Part shown: piece after piece, positions 27,720 to 41,249 of the stretch | How positions within the stretch are numbered: the first letter of the stretch is position 1 | Layout of the letters: each line of letters starts with the position of its first letter | Position numbers and translations under genes: made by a program | Notes under the pieces: model-generated | What the model was told of the DNA's origin: nothing | Databases searched by the model: none | What the model saw: only the letters and a program-made list of their open reading frames with translations | Assembly (NCBI GenBank): GCA_964106645.2 | Contig: OZ067051.1 | Source: Podarcis pityusensis | Taxonomy: Eukaryota | Length of the DNA stretch: 64,000 nucleotides | Direction: 5' to 3' (one strand)

Positions 27720-28222
27720 TAAGGTTTGAGGATGTGGACAAGGTGCTTGGATTGGTTCTTCTGGATCCTTTGCTGTCTCTTGAGGCTAAGGTGGCCTCAG
27801 TGGCATGAAATGCCTTCCATTGGCTTTGGCTGGTGGCCCAGCTTGTGCCCCTATCTGGACAGAAATAGCCTAACTACTGTTGTCTGTACTCTGGTAACCT
27901 CTAGGTTAGATTACTGCAATGTGTTATACGTAGGGCTGCCTCTGGAGACGGTTCAGAAACTTCAGCTGGTACAGCCAGGTTGCTCACCAGGACAAGATAG
28001 TTTGAGCATACAACCGCAATCCTGTTAGGCATCAGGTGAAAACATTGCTCTTCGACCAGGCTCATTAACATCCTATATCCTTTTAAATGTGTTGATGGAA
28101 GGGGGACTATTTGTTTGCTTTGCGTTTGTTTTTATTATTATTTTGTTTTTATCTTGTGAGCAGCCCTGAGATCCACAGATGAAGGGTGGTATACAAATTT
28201 AATAAATAGTAATAATAATAAA
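27720..28222 (+). mobile_element. L2 LINE 3' fragment (degenerate)
   Basis: TLVTSRLDYCNVLYVGLPLETVQKLQLVQ motif and (AAT)n tail. Confidence 0.85.
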
Positions 28223-28616
28223 TTATAGCTAATGTTTGTTGAAACAAGCCATAGTTAAGATTAACTAACTGTGGTTAATAAAAAATGGAAGTGAAGGTTT
28301 CCAATTTCCTCCTTCTAACTGCACTGGAAGAGGCAAGGAACAGTACATGAACCAGAGTCTTTCTGCATCTATTTTTTGTCACCATAAACCATGGGTTTAG
28401 CCAAAGCAGAGATAACACCAAAGAGTGCAGTCTGATGTATAGATTTCAATTTAGGGTTTGCGTGGCTTAAAGCTCACCATGGCTTACTGGACTTGATTGA
28501 GAGTGTATAAATATTATTACCTATATTATCAATCTTAAAATAGCCATGTTATTAAGAGATGTCAGGATTACTTCCACTTCTTTGTTGCAATTGGACTTGC
28601 AAAAGCTAAGAATGTA

Positions 28617-28875
28617 CAGTCGTACCTCATTTTGTGGCTGGGATCCATTCCGGAGCCCTAGCCGCTAGCCGAAAAGGACGCAGGGCAAAGTGCCGTGTCT
28701 GCGCATGTGCATGGAGTGGTTTGCATTTCTGTGCATGCGTGAAGTGCAATTTAGCGCTTCTGCACATGTGCGAGTGGCAAACCCGGAAGTAACTCGTTCC
28801 GGTACTCCCGGGTTTGCTGCAGACGTTCGCCGGAATGGATGCTAGACGAGGTAGATGTTCGCGGAGGCATTACCG
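28617..28875. mobile_element. TcMar-Tigger-like MITE
   Basis: TA|CAGTCGTACCTC ... GAGGCATTACCG|TA; internal ccggaagt and tgcgcatg motifs shared with the family. Confidence 0.8.
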
Positions 28876-31042
28876 TAGTAGCTTACTTAAGGCAAGGTGA
28901 AATCTAAAACGGATTCCTTGGCTCATGCTACTACTACTAAAATTGCAACGTTGTCTTTACTGAATAATATTACTGTGTAACATTTCCCAGTTCTGATTTC
29001 TCTACCCTAATTAATCACAAAACTACAAGTTTGTACTGAAATTTAGCATGTTTTGGTTTAAGCAGAACACATTAAAAAAAATTATGATTTTCATTTATAA
29101 CAAATAAACATTTCAGCAAAAAAGGAAACAATTCTTAGATATCAGTCTTCAACTTCCCTCCCCCTTTCTGTGGTTCCATAAATTTGTTCTCTTTCTTTCC
29201 CCCTGCATATCCCAATTAAGTCTGTTTATTCTTTAAGCAATATGTATATTTTGCTCTACAAGTTTAGCATGGATAGCATTCTCCCTGATATGTGTGGCCT
29301 CTTCTTTCATGGAATGAAATGTTGATTAAGGTGTTTCCTTTTTAGTGTTACGGTATGCCATGTTGCAAGTTGCTGACAAAGTTACAAATTTTTTTGTCTA
29401 ATGACCAAAAAACCAGCTGAGATTTAGCTCCTGTATGTATTATTGGAGAGGCCAGAAATAGGTTTCATGCAATAAGTTTCCAATCTCCTGAATAAATGAC
29501 ATTTCTCTCCAAGTTTAACTACCAGAAGAGATGGAGAACAAATAAATAACCTAAGCAAGGAATTTAGTAAGCACACATCATGACTTTTTAACCAGTGGGT
29601 GGTATTCAGCTAAGTTTTACTCAGAGTAAACAAACTGCAATTAATGAACATGTCTAAGGTAGAGCCATTAATTTCAGTGAGTCTGCTCAGGATAAAACTC
29701 AGTTGAATACCATCCAATGTTTTTATTCAGTTTTAAACAATTTCTCATAGAACAAAAGCACATACATGTACACTGAAAAGACAGTGATCAGTCCTTTAAA
29801 CAATGCAAGAACAGAAAGCTAGGGATCCAGTCCAGTCACACCACTTGGAGCTGTAAGCAAGTCCTGTCAGTCAGTACTTCCTCATGAAAATTCATATAAA
29901 TACAAAGCCCAAATATCAGACAATTTTCCTTCCAGTTGCTGCTGTTGGGTTGCTTTCTCATATGCAGCTAATGTTGAGAAATCTTCTAAGCACTGCACAG
30001 TCAGTAGTGGAGAGCATTCTTCCAGGTATTTGTCACCATCAATACATGCAGAATCCAATCTCTGCTTCTCTGTCAAGTTCTGGAAGAGGTGGTGGTGATA
30101 CTTTGTGAAAATTATTTTTGTTGTATTAAGTGCAATCTGAGATCTGAAGAAGTTAATTGCACAGACACCAGAATATCCTTCCATTGCCACTCATGCATCG
30201 GTTATTCCAAATGTTCATTCCATTCCTCTTATCCACGTAAATCAAAGTTGGTTTTGTCAAATTAGAGCTTTATATAGAAATAACAGATTTTGAAAGATGT
30301 GTTGAGGTGATCAGATATTCCAGTAACTCAAGGAACTCAGCTGCGCTAAGGGCCTCAGGATGAAGCAGGGTGGTCAAGAGATACTTTAATTGAACAAGAG
30401 GACAAAGGGGTTGCTGGGGATTTTTTGGTATCTTGAGAAAGGAAAGAATTCTACATGCTGACCCATTGATTGTTCACATGTGTTGAGGCCCCTTCACCCC
30501 AAAATTTCTTGACACTTCTATAAAGTGTTGTAAAGGATTGTATAGCAATGTGTTTTTTGTGTTGCTGACATGGTAGGTAGGATGACTTTTCCCCTTACAT
30601 ACATGGATCCAAGAGCATTCAATCCTCAAAGCAGAGTCAGATAAAAGAATTATAAGGTTGTGCAGGAACAGCATCAGCTGGTGGCAGCCATTGCTACTTT
30701 TGAATGCTAAGCAATAAGCAGACCCTGAAGTACATTTTGAAGTCAAGAGAATGCAAAGCCCTCCGCCAGTTGCATTTTTTAAAGTGAAAATCTTGGAGAA
30801 GAGGAGTTCCTACAAAAACTTGCAAAAGAGATGCACTAGCAATGTCATTGGGGTATATATAGGAGAGAATGTTTGTTTTAAGCAGAGTCACTCTGCTGCA
30901 GAAGCTGAGGGGCAGGTTGCTCCATCTGCCTAAATCTGTGGTCAATTAGGCAAGTCTTTCCATACTCAGAGTATAATTCCATCTTCCATCTGGGTGAATG
31001 AACCACCAGCCAACTTGTTTGCATTGAATATTTGTCCTATCC

Positions 31043-31502
31043 CAGGGGTTTTCAACCTGTGTGCCGTGGCACCCTGGGATGCCTTGAATGACTCATCAGG
31101 GTGCTGCGGGCAACACTAGCCTCTGTCCCTCTTTTCTTTCCTTTCCTCCCTCTGATGCCCTCTTGCATCTGCCTCCCAAAGGCTTGCACAGCTGTTTATG
31201 ACAGCAGCCCTGGCTATAAGCTCCGCAGGCAAATGGTGCCTCTGGGAGGCACCCCTCTTTGGGGCAAGGAGGGGCAGCTCAGAGACCAGGGATGGCAGCG
31301 GTAGCTTCCCGGAGGATTCCCAAGGAGAGGAGAGGAGGCTGAGAGAACACTCCACAAGGGAGGGTGTTCAAAAAGGGGTGAGGGGCTGCTGACTCTGCAT
31401 GCAAGGGGTGACATAACTGGACTCCTGAGCCCCATAGGGGTTCTGCAGAAAGAATGGAGTTGGTTAAGGGAGCTGTGGACTCAAAAAGGTTGAAAACCTC
31501 TA
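31043..31502. mobile_element. hAT-Charlie-like MITE
   Basis: TIRs CAGGGGTTTTCAACCT / AGGTTGAAAACCTCTA; 8-bp TSD TCCTATCC / TCCTAGCC. Confidence 0.8.
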
Positions 31503-34259
31503 TCCTAGCCTATCTGTGTTCTGGACACTCACAGCCTCAGATGTGTTTGATGAAGAAAGCTAGATAAGGAGCTTTAACTGGAAGGTGTTACATCACACAT
31601 GGAGCTACTGTATATTAAAATTATATTACTAAAATTTGTAACTGCTGTTTCATTGCATATCACCTTGAGATGATTGTAAAAGGCGATTACAGGTGAATAA
31701 TAAAGCACAAAGCCAAATGTATATAATGTTGTATTGGCTTGATATGAAAAATCTGAAGACGTTCTGCTGCCACAGTCTCCCCCCCCCCCTGCATTTTTAA
31801 TCTTTTAAAATGCTAACTTGGCTGTTCTGAGTTCATACATATTTAAGCCATGATAACTCAAGCTGCTGAAGATGCTGATTCACAAATATTTCTTTATATC
31901 TGTTTCTTGAAAACTGCATGGTGTAGTCAAAACTTTATATTATACTGAAGGATACCAGTATTCCTTCTGTTGTGCTTAATTTTATTTTTTAATTGTTTGT
32001 TATACATGTGTGCGCGCACACACCGTATTTATCCATGTATAAGACAACCCCTTTTTTTTGAACCCAAAATCAAGAAATCAATATTTTAAACATCATACAG
32101 AACAACCTTGATATTTTATTAAATATTCAAGTCACTGGCATAGTAACCCCTGCCAGTGTCTGGGGCAGCGAGGTGGTGTGGTGCACGGGCAGCAGTGGAA
32201 CATGCCCCACCAATACCTGAGATCACCAACACTCGAGTTGTTGAGCTCTCCCCTACAAAAAAAAAATATCTATCATGTAACAGGAAGCTATTATGCTGCT
32301 TTAGAACACACATTTGTAAAAGAAAAGTCTTACTAGCTTTCTAACGAAATGCCTGGAGTAACTGATATTATAGTTTGAAGTCTTGTTTACTTTTTTATGT
32401 TCTGCTTCAAGGATTGGTATCCTAATTAGAACCCAATAGGGCATGTATTTACAAAATATATTTTTAAAAGTGTGATCCCATTGAGATCCCAATATGAAAT
32501 TTTGCAGGTAGCTCCTAAAAATAATCACTAATACATTTTTGACATTTTTAATCATACTAAGTTTTTAAAAACACTTTTTAAAATTGTAAATTTTGTAACT
32601 GAACTTTAAAATTTAAAGTAAGTCAGTCATATGACATATCACATTAAAGCCCATGAAGTTCTGAAGAGATTGGTATTTTTAGTTTTGAAATATCTCAATT
32701 CTGGGCTGAGCTTTTGACATTTGTGTGTAGTTAGGCAAGGCCAAAATTGTCATTCTTTTGAATTTTCAAACCCCCATAATTTCAAATGGGATGAAACAAA
32801 AATTTAAATTTTTAGATTTGAACTTAGTTTTGATAACTCAACAAGTGTACAAAATATTAAGAAAATTGGATGACATGTGGTAAAAAAAATTGGATCACTT
32901 GATATGGAATGACCCAAGCATCTTATTTTCCTCTTACCCTATGTTTGCTATACTTTTTTTTTTTTTAAAGAAATGAAGGGCGAACAGTTCTTAAGGTTCA
33001 TTTATATTTTTTGGAATGGCAAAAATATAATTGTAATGACTGGAATTTCTTCTGCTGCTACGAGATACGTTCCATCAATGTATGTCTGTAGGACCTACTT
33101 TTATATATATTTAGAAATGCAATATTTGTCTTAGGTGATAATTACATGAAAAATTCAGAGGACAGTTCCTTTGGTGTCTGTGGTGCTAGGGCATGGTTGT
33201 TATTATTCTTGGTCTATGAGAACTTAACCTGTCAGGTTGTCTACTTCTGGAGAAGAGTTTCATCTTCTGTATTTATTTTATTTAAAATATTTATTTGTGA
33301 CTCTCGGATGAGCTAACAAAGAATCACATAAAAATACAGTAACATCCCACAAGTCACAGCATGAAGCTAAAACAGCAGCATAGAAGAACAAAACAAACTT
33401 TAAAGGCCTGGTCAAGTAAAAACATTGTAATGTAATGCTGAAAAGAAAGTGAAGGCTGCACCTGGCAGAACTCTGGGAACTGTGTCACACATGCAAGGTA
33501 AAAAGGCCTGTCTTTGGTCCCCTACGCTTTTGTTTTGGATGATGTGGAGGCATGGAGCCAGGAGTTGTTGTATCCTAAAAGTTGAGGTCTGAAGGTGTCT
33601 GATATAGCTCCACCTGACCGGAAGGTGCCTTGAGAATCTTATATACGTTCTCTCCATTTTTGGGGAAAAGGACAAATATAATAATTCTTAGGCAGGAAGA
33701 GGAAAATTGATGTTTTGTTTGACTGACACTACTGTCTATTCTACGAACAGTGTCTCACAACTGTTTTCGCCTTAAAAGGAACTGTCGCATGCTGCACTTG
33801 TTTGTTTGCTATTTTCAATTCAGGCATCGTATTAGTCGCCTGAATGATTAAGGGATACTGCAGTGGGAGTGTTTATTAGCGTTCTAATACTTTACAATTA
33901 CATTGCTAATACAATTAAAGCATTGTGGCTTTGAAGTTAATTACTTGGACACTGATTGATGCACGTATATGTCTCCTTCCAAAAATTGCTTCCACGCGTG
34001 AATGTAATGCACTGGGAATGATGTTGGGTCTAACCAGAAAATCTCAACCTTAATGGTTATATAAATGCTTATGTAAATATTTTATAGAATTACTCAACAC
34101 ACACAGAGAGAAAAGGAACTAGCTTCACAGTTGCCCAACAATCTCCCACTAGTTATGTCAGAAATTTTATTACCTTTACATGAACTAGTGTTTTAAATAA
34201 ATATTTGCCATCGTATATAGCTGACCTCCCCAGGGTGCTTAAACTGGTAAGCAGAAGAG

Positions 34260-34462
34260 CTTATTTATTGCATTTATATCCCACCTTTTCTCCAAAAAGC
34301 ACATGATTCACCCCTCCTCAATCCCTACAACAACCCTGTGACGTAGGTTAAGAGGCTCTGATTGGCCCAAGGTCACCCAGTGAGCTTCTTGACTGAGTGG
34401 GGATTTGAACTGATCTCCCAGGTCCTGGTTCAAATCTCTTACCCCAACACCACACTGGCTCC
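34260..34462 (-). mobile_element. tRNA-derived squamate SINE (Squam3-like), older copy
   Basis: ggcccaaggtcacccag core, B-box-like ggatttgaac, 5' end ccacactggctc. Confidence 0.8.
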
Positions 34463-34514
34463 CTAGAGTACTTCTGCTATGGGGCAGCTTTATAAATTAA
34501 GTAGGTAAATAAAT

Positions 34515-35772
34515 AGGGGAAAGCAAAATGTCACTTAGAGAAGGATCTGAAATATTTCCCTTGAAGCATGAATTTGTTTTTTTATGGATTGTTTAATTTT
34601 ATATTTTAATGTGTTGTAAACTGCATTGAGATTTTTCCTTAAAATATAAAGCAGAATAGAAATGAAATGATAAATATTAAAAAAAACTTTATTGCAAAAA
34701 TAGACATTCCATTGTGGCGACCGCAACCAAGGTTTAAGATCCATTTGGCCTGAGTTTCTAACACTGCCAAGGAGCATTGCGATATCAGTAAATTTGACAG
34801 CCAGGTTAAGAGAGCTGGCATGAAGTTTAGCACCAACGAAAGGGAGGGCCTTTTTAGATGCCGAGAAAGCATTTGACAATGTCTCCTGGGACTTTATCTT
34901 TAAGGTTTTGGAATATATGGGTTGTGGAAACACTTTTATAAAAGGAGTTAAGGTAATATATACTGATCAATCAGCAAAATTGATAATAAATAATGTATTG
35001 ACAGAGAATTGTAAAATAACTAAAGGAGCTAGATAATGTTGCCCGCTGTCACCTTTATTGTTTATAACAGTTTTATAAGTTTTGGCGCAAAGAATAAGAT
35101 GTAATCAATAAATTAAAGGTATAAGGGTGGGACAGAGACAATATAAATTAATTTTGCAGATGACGTGGTGGTATCTGTAAAGGAACCAATAGAGTCAATC
35201 CCAAAAGCACTGGAAGAGATGAAAAAAAATAATGGAGAAACAGCAGGTCTTAAAATTAATAAAGATAAAACCAAACTTCTGGTAAAAAATATGAATGATG
35301 AGAGTAAAAATACATTACAAAGTTTATCAGCCTTAAAGATTGAAAAGAAGACTAAATATCTGGGTGTGTGGTTAATAGCATTGCTTAAGAATGTATGTAG
35401 TTTACATAAGAATCCCCGCTTACGCGGGGTTGTTGTTCCCAACTGCCTCATGCACAAGTGCCTTCTGTTCCCGGCCTAGTCCCCTTTCGGCACTGACCAG
35501 TGTTAAAAACCCAGATATATCATCGAATCGCCAAATGGCACCTTAAACCTAGGTTATGGTTGCCACAATGGATTGTCCAGGGTCTCCCCCCCCCCAAAGA
35601 GGTTTGTTGTTGTTATTCATTTCATTTCTGTACCGCTTTACATTTAAAATTACAAATCCTAAAGCAGTTTGCAACATATTAAAACATCAAATAAAACAAT
35701 CCAGAATAAAACAAATTCAAGCTTCAAGGAAAATATTTCAGATCTTTCTCTAAGTGACATTTGTTTTCCCCT
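34515..35772. repeat. Long imperfect inverted repeat (arms ~34515-34766 and ~35499-35772)
   Basis: Reverse complement of the right arm (aggggaaaacaaatgtcacttagagaaagatctgaaatatt...) aligns with the left arm over ~250 bp. Confidence 0.9.
34830..35375 (+). mobile_element. Internal L1 ORF2 reverse-transcriptase fragment (degenerate)
   Basis: LDAEKAFDNVSW, CPLSPLLF, FADD, GLKINKDKTK and KYLGV motifs. Confidence 0.9.
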
Positions 35773-37949
35773 GGCACCAACCTGGCACCCAGAGATCTCC
35801 ACGTGGTTGCAGTTGGACCTGTGCCAGACACAAAATGTGCCTGGTTAATTTCTAGCACTGGCACTGAAAATGGTGTGCGTGTTGATCGCCTGTATGTCAG
35901 AAAATGCATGTGAGGTGGTTTTTCTGATCACATAGCTGTGTTAAAAGTCTGTAGGAGGGTCAAGTTTTATTACAAACTAGTGTACTATAGAGTTGGAAAC
36001 AGAATTAGGTTTGCTAGAGAATCATTTTTAAAGAAGGTGACAGTTGAAAACTGGACTAGTGCAAGTGCTGCTTATTAGACATGGAGGTGGGTGTAATCAC
36101 AAAATAGTACAATTTCCTAACATTTGAGTGACCAAATGTAATATCTGTAATCAAATGGAGATGATAACTGCATTAAAATGTCCGCCTCCCTCTCCCTCTT
36201 TCAGATATTTACTGTATTAATAAACAAGTAGTAATTGGTACATCACCAAGTGTAAGTTGAGTTTTTTTGTTTTGTCTGCATAATGATACTTAACTTTCAT
36301 ATGGATTGTAATTCCTATATTTTTATCAGTTAGTATTACCATCACTTGAGGTTTAAACATTTACAAAGTAATATGTGTGGTATAGTATTATTATTTTTAC
36401 TTTTCTTGGAAAACGTAGGATTTTGAGCCTGTGAACTCCCCTTGAATAAGGGGATGACGCCATTAAAAAATTCTATTTGTTGCTGTCTCCATCTGCTTGC
36501 AGGGAACAACTGCACCCAAGCGTCTTGGATGATATAGAAGAACTCCATGAAACAGAATAAGCAAGTAAGATATTCCCCCCTAATGTAGAGGCAATGGAAC
36601 TGAAAGATGTAGCATGGCATCTAACCAGACTTCCCTGGGAGAAAAGAATGGAAAGTCATATTTTAGATCAGATGCTGTGACCCATTTTTTTTTATTAAAT
36701 TTTTTTTGCTAGTGCTGTCCATGAAGCTGCTGCTCAGGATATAGCTAAAGCCAAAGTCAAGAATAATTTTTTTAAAGTGCCAGCAACCCATGGAACAAGG
36801 ACTTTAGATTACTTTTTCACTGGCAGAATCTTCCCCTCTCCACAATCGTGGAGGGAGTTTCTAAAGCAGTTTGTGATGGTACATGGTAGTGAGCTATTCA
36901 ATGAAAATTTTAAAAACTCCACTAATCAGGTTAAAGTCTCCTGCAAGAACCTAAGCAGGTCTTTGGATCCTACCCAAAGTAAACTCTGTTTCATGCTTCT
37001 ACTTTAGATCTAGCAAAGAGGGAATATGAGTAAAACAAATACCTACTATTATACTCTTAGACTTTCTTATAGTGATTGCTGGCCTTCCAGGGCACTGTAT
37101 CATTGCAGTGTATAAATTTTACCACCTAAATCAATTGTGCTTTATATTAATTGTCTGCTTTTCACTTGATAAAAGGATTTTTGGGAGATGGACGCTAGGA
37201 AGAAAGTTTGACTACTGATATATATGTTAATTTTGTTTAGCTGCTGTTGGACTTTAAGATGACATGGAAGCATAAGGATTATTTTATGCTAGAACTGTGC
37301 GTTTCTGCAGATTTAGAAACTTATAAAATGTCACTTAGGTAATATTACTCTTGAGTTTTAGGTTTCCTGTTACTTATTTATGCTTGAACTTACAAACAAG
37401 TACTGTGCCTGCCCAGTGAAATGCAGTGTTTCTAAATATTAATTTGTAGCATATACTCTTTATAATGTAATTTAAATAATATGGGGAAAAATAGAATACT
37501 ATATATGCTGTACATTTCTTGCTGATCTACTTATTTAATATTTAATGAAATTGTGTCACTTTTTATGGGTCATTGGTCATTTTGATTGACTTACACAGCC
37601 CTTGGAAAACCTAATTTAATTCCTGTTGAAGAGAGAGTGAGGAAGGGGCTTGGATCTACTACAACTTTAAGCTGCAGCCAGATGGGGAATAGGAAACCTG
37701 TTACGGGCATTTTCTTAATAACTTTGTGTCTGCATTCTAATATAGTAAAATATTGTTCAACCATTGAATGCTGCTAGTTGTAGAGAGAATTGTAGACATG
37801 TGATTTGGGCCAGTTCCTCCTGCCCCTTCTCAGTTTCTGAGCTGACTTGCTAGAGCATGAGGTGCAATAAAAAGATTCTTTAAAGTTTTTTTGGGCAATC
37901 CTTTGTTACCATGTAAACTAATCTCAGCAGAGCATAGCAGATGTAAAAA

Positions 37950-38188
37950 AGTAAAGGTAAAGGGACCTGACCGTTAGGTCCAGTCGTGACCGACTCTGGG
38001 GTTGCGGCGCTCATCTCGCTTTATTGGCCGAGGGAACCGGCGTACAGCTTCTGGGTCATGTGGCCAGCATGACTAAGCCACTTCTGGTGAACCAGAGCAG
38101 CACACAGAAATGCCGTTTACCTTCCCGCCGGAGCGGTACCTATTAATCTACTTGCACTTTGACGTGCTTTCGAACTGCTAGGTTGGCA
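37950..38188 (-). mobile_element. Sauria SINE, 5'-truncated
   Basis: (aaaggt)n tail and characteristic body ccagtcgtgaccgactctgggg...ggtacctatt...gaactgctaggttggca. Confidence 0.92.
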
Positions 38189-38873
38189 AATGTACCTAAG
38201 TACTAAAATTCCCAATGAAAGTATATAGGAAAAATGAATTACTTTGAAATATTGTCATCTTTTTTAATGATGAATATATTATGCTTAAACAGGGTTTTCC
38301 TCAGAGTATTGTCTCCACATTCTGACTTATTGTGCCATCAGTTGGCAGATGGTGGGGGTGAGACTACCTACCTAAGTTGAGCCACTACCCTGCAAAAACT
38401 GCAGCCCTGGGTGTAGATTGGCCTCTCATTCCAACTCAGATCTGCTTTGGGTGCATTGTTTGTCAGTAGGGGCTTGTTCTGAAAGATGAGTTCTCTAGCT
38501 TTCTACTCCCAGGGCATACCAGAGGGCTGAAAATTACTGAAGCCACCAGTCACAGAATGGCAGTACAGGATTAGGGCCAGCAATATAATGGTAGCAGATA
38601 GAAGTGACTACTGGCACAATCAGCAAGACAGTTACTGTCGTTGGTAGGGCCTTCTCTGTGGTGATCCCCTGGCTGTTGAACGCCTTCCATTGGAGGTTTC
38701 ATTGTGTCTCTTTGCAAGTGTTCACTTTGCAAGTGTCAAAGACATTTGGGTGAGAGGCGTCGCTGAGACTTCTATTTTATCTTCACTGCAGATTGGTTAT
38801 GTCTTATTTTAATGACTGAATATTGTGGTTTGAGTTGGATGTAAGTTAATGCTTATGAAATTGTCTTGATATT

Positions 38874-38875
<2 letters not shown>

Positions 38876-38909
<34 letters not shown>
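38876..38909. repeat. (CA)n microsatellite
   Basis: Direct inspection. Confidence 0.95.
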
Positions 38910-38911
<2 letters not shown>

Positions 38912-39725
38912 CACATATTCAAATGGGTAGACAGACACACATTCAAACAGCCTCCCTGCTCTTCTGTTGATAAGTAGATGGGTGAGGTAGAGTTCCACCT
39001 GAAAGTTGGCCGCAGCCACTGATGGTACCTGAACTATAGTTCCAGAAATACTTATCTGAGGCATCTCTTAGAGACTAATTTCCACTAAAGGGGAAACACT
39101 AAAAATGATGGGCTTTGCAGGCTGGAATGTGTGTGTATCGAGATCCATACTCTAATGTTCAGGGTGGAACTCACTTTGTCTTTGGGAAAAGAAGGTGCTT
39201 GTAGGAGCATTAGGTCTCTTGAGTTTGTTTCCTTGTGTTGGTGAGAGGAATGTGGGATTTGGACTGGCCAAGATTTATGAGTTGCCTGGGAATATAGGAA
39301 AGACTATATCATATCAGCTTGGACTGCCAGTTTTGGTTGAGTCAGTAGGCCAAATTTAGTTTTTCATCACTGAATCAGCTTAAGATGGTAGCAACTAGGA
39401 GCATGTATTTTACTACAGTTGTCCCTCACTTCTGGAATGCTAAGGAAGTCTTAATCTCAGCCAAGTTTTCACAAAGGTTGCAAAGCTTAAATTTCACCTG
39501 GCATTTAATTCAGTAGTATGGTGTGTTCAGTTAATTGTTAGTTGAAGTGGCATGAGAGGGGAGTAGTTAGTATACTTGCATCCTACCAGTCTCTCTGGCT
39601 AGGCAGTATTTGTATGCTGGGTCCTGATTGTATTCATTTATAGTTGTTTCCCCCACAAACATCTAATGAGGAAAGAGAGAAACCAGTGTAATCCTTACTC
39701 ACTCTGCTCCATGGAGGAAATAAGC

Positions 39726-39815
39726 CATAGCTGTCAACGTTTCCCTTTTTTAAAGGGAAATTCCCTTATTCCGAATAGGATTCCTCGCAAGAAAAGGGAA
39801 AAGTTGACGGCTATG
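39726..39815. mobile_element. 90-bp hAT MITE
   Basis: TIRs CATAGCTGTCAAC / GTTGACGGCTATG; perfect 8-bp TSD AAATAAGC. Confidence 0.9.
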
Positions 39816-39976
39816 AAATAAGCTGTTGCTTCTCCCCTTTCCCATTTATTTTGTGCTGGAAGCAGCAATGAGGTATGGCTGGCATTTGTTTAAAGGTCCA
39901 CCTTGTGAGAACAAATTTACCTGTTCTTCAAGAGAGAATGGGAAGGAAAGAAGATGTGGCTTCTGTCCCTTGAGTT

Positions 39977-40298
39977 CATAGAATCATAGAATGGTAGAGT
40001 TGGAAGGGATCCTGAGGGTCATCTAGTCCAACCCCCTGCAATGCAGGAATCTCAGCTAAAGCATCTATGACAGATGGCTATCCAACCTCTGCTTCAAAAC
40101 CTCTAAGGAAGGAGAGTCAACAGCTTCCCGACGGAGACTGTTCCACTGTCGAACATCTCTTACTGTCAGAAAGTTTATCCAAATGTTTAGTCGGAATCTC
40201 CTTTCTTGTAACTTGAAGCCATTGGTTTGAGTCCTACTCTCCAGAGCAGGAGAAAACAAGCTTGTTCTGTCTTCCATGTGACAGCTCTTAAGATACTC
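39977..40298 (-). mobile_element. CR1 LINE 3' end
   Basis: catagaatcatagaat tail; peptide TNGFKLQERRFRLNI...WNSL. Confidence 0.92.
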
Positions 40299-41249
40299 AT
40301 TGGGCTTCTGTAGAATTTGCCAGCAATGCCTCACCACTGCTGTTGTTCCCTCTTATTCAAAACTTAACAGGAAGGGAGGGAGGCAAACCCTCTTACACAC
40401 CCACCACCCAGAAGTAAAGAAGGGGTGTATTTTCTCTCTTCCAACTGTATATTTGTCAGAAGGAACAGCAGTAATCTGTTGCTTGTACCTTCTGCGAAAG
40501 CCCACTTCAAAGCCATAAACAGGGCATGAAGGCAGCAAGCCTCCCCTGATGTGTGCCCTTGGTTGGCTTGTGCCTCGGAATCTATAGGCTCCATTTTTTG
40601 CAAGTAGCTATTGCTAGAAATAAGAACAGCACCATGCATTGTTTAATTGGATTAAGCTGCCAGCCTGATATGTGTTACAGAGACCTGGCTGGATGTAACT
40701 GAATTGACAAATGACTGCTTCCACCTAAGATCTACCTACACCTACCTACGCCTAAGATCTAGTGTTGAATGACAGTATGCCTCTGAATACAAGTTGTTGG
40801 GAATCCTGAGTGGGAAGAATACTATGGCACACTAATTTTGCCCATAGGCATCTGGTGGTCACTGGGAGAACAGAGTGTGGGACTTAAATAGTTATTTGAC
40901 CTAATATAGTAGGCTTTTCCTCTTATAGGTGGTTTTGGCCCCAATGGGACCCTCATGCAACAAACGCCTAGGTTTTGAAAATAATGGAACAGTTGCAGCT
41001 GCAGGGACAGTCAAGTTTTGAACGGAAATGTATGTGCCTCGTACTTGTATCCAGTGTACTACTAGCCTGTGACCTCGTTAAGCGTGATTTTTTTACACTA
41101 ACTGCTGTGCTTCAGATGTATTATGATTAGTGCTGTTTTGTGTGATTTTCACGATTTGTTCCGCACACTCCATTTCTTATTTGCCTTGTCAGTTTTACCT
41201 CCAGATTTCAATATTGCATTAGGATATTCACTCTTGCCTTTCTCCACTG

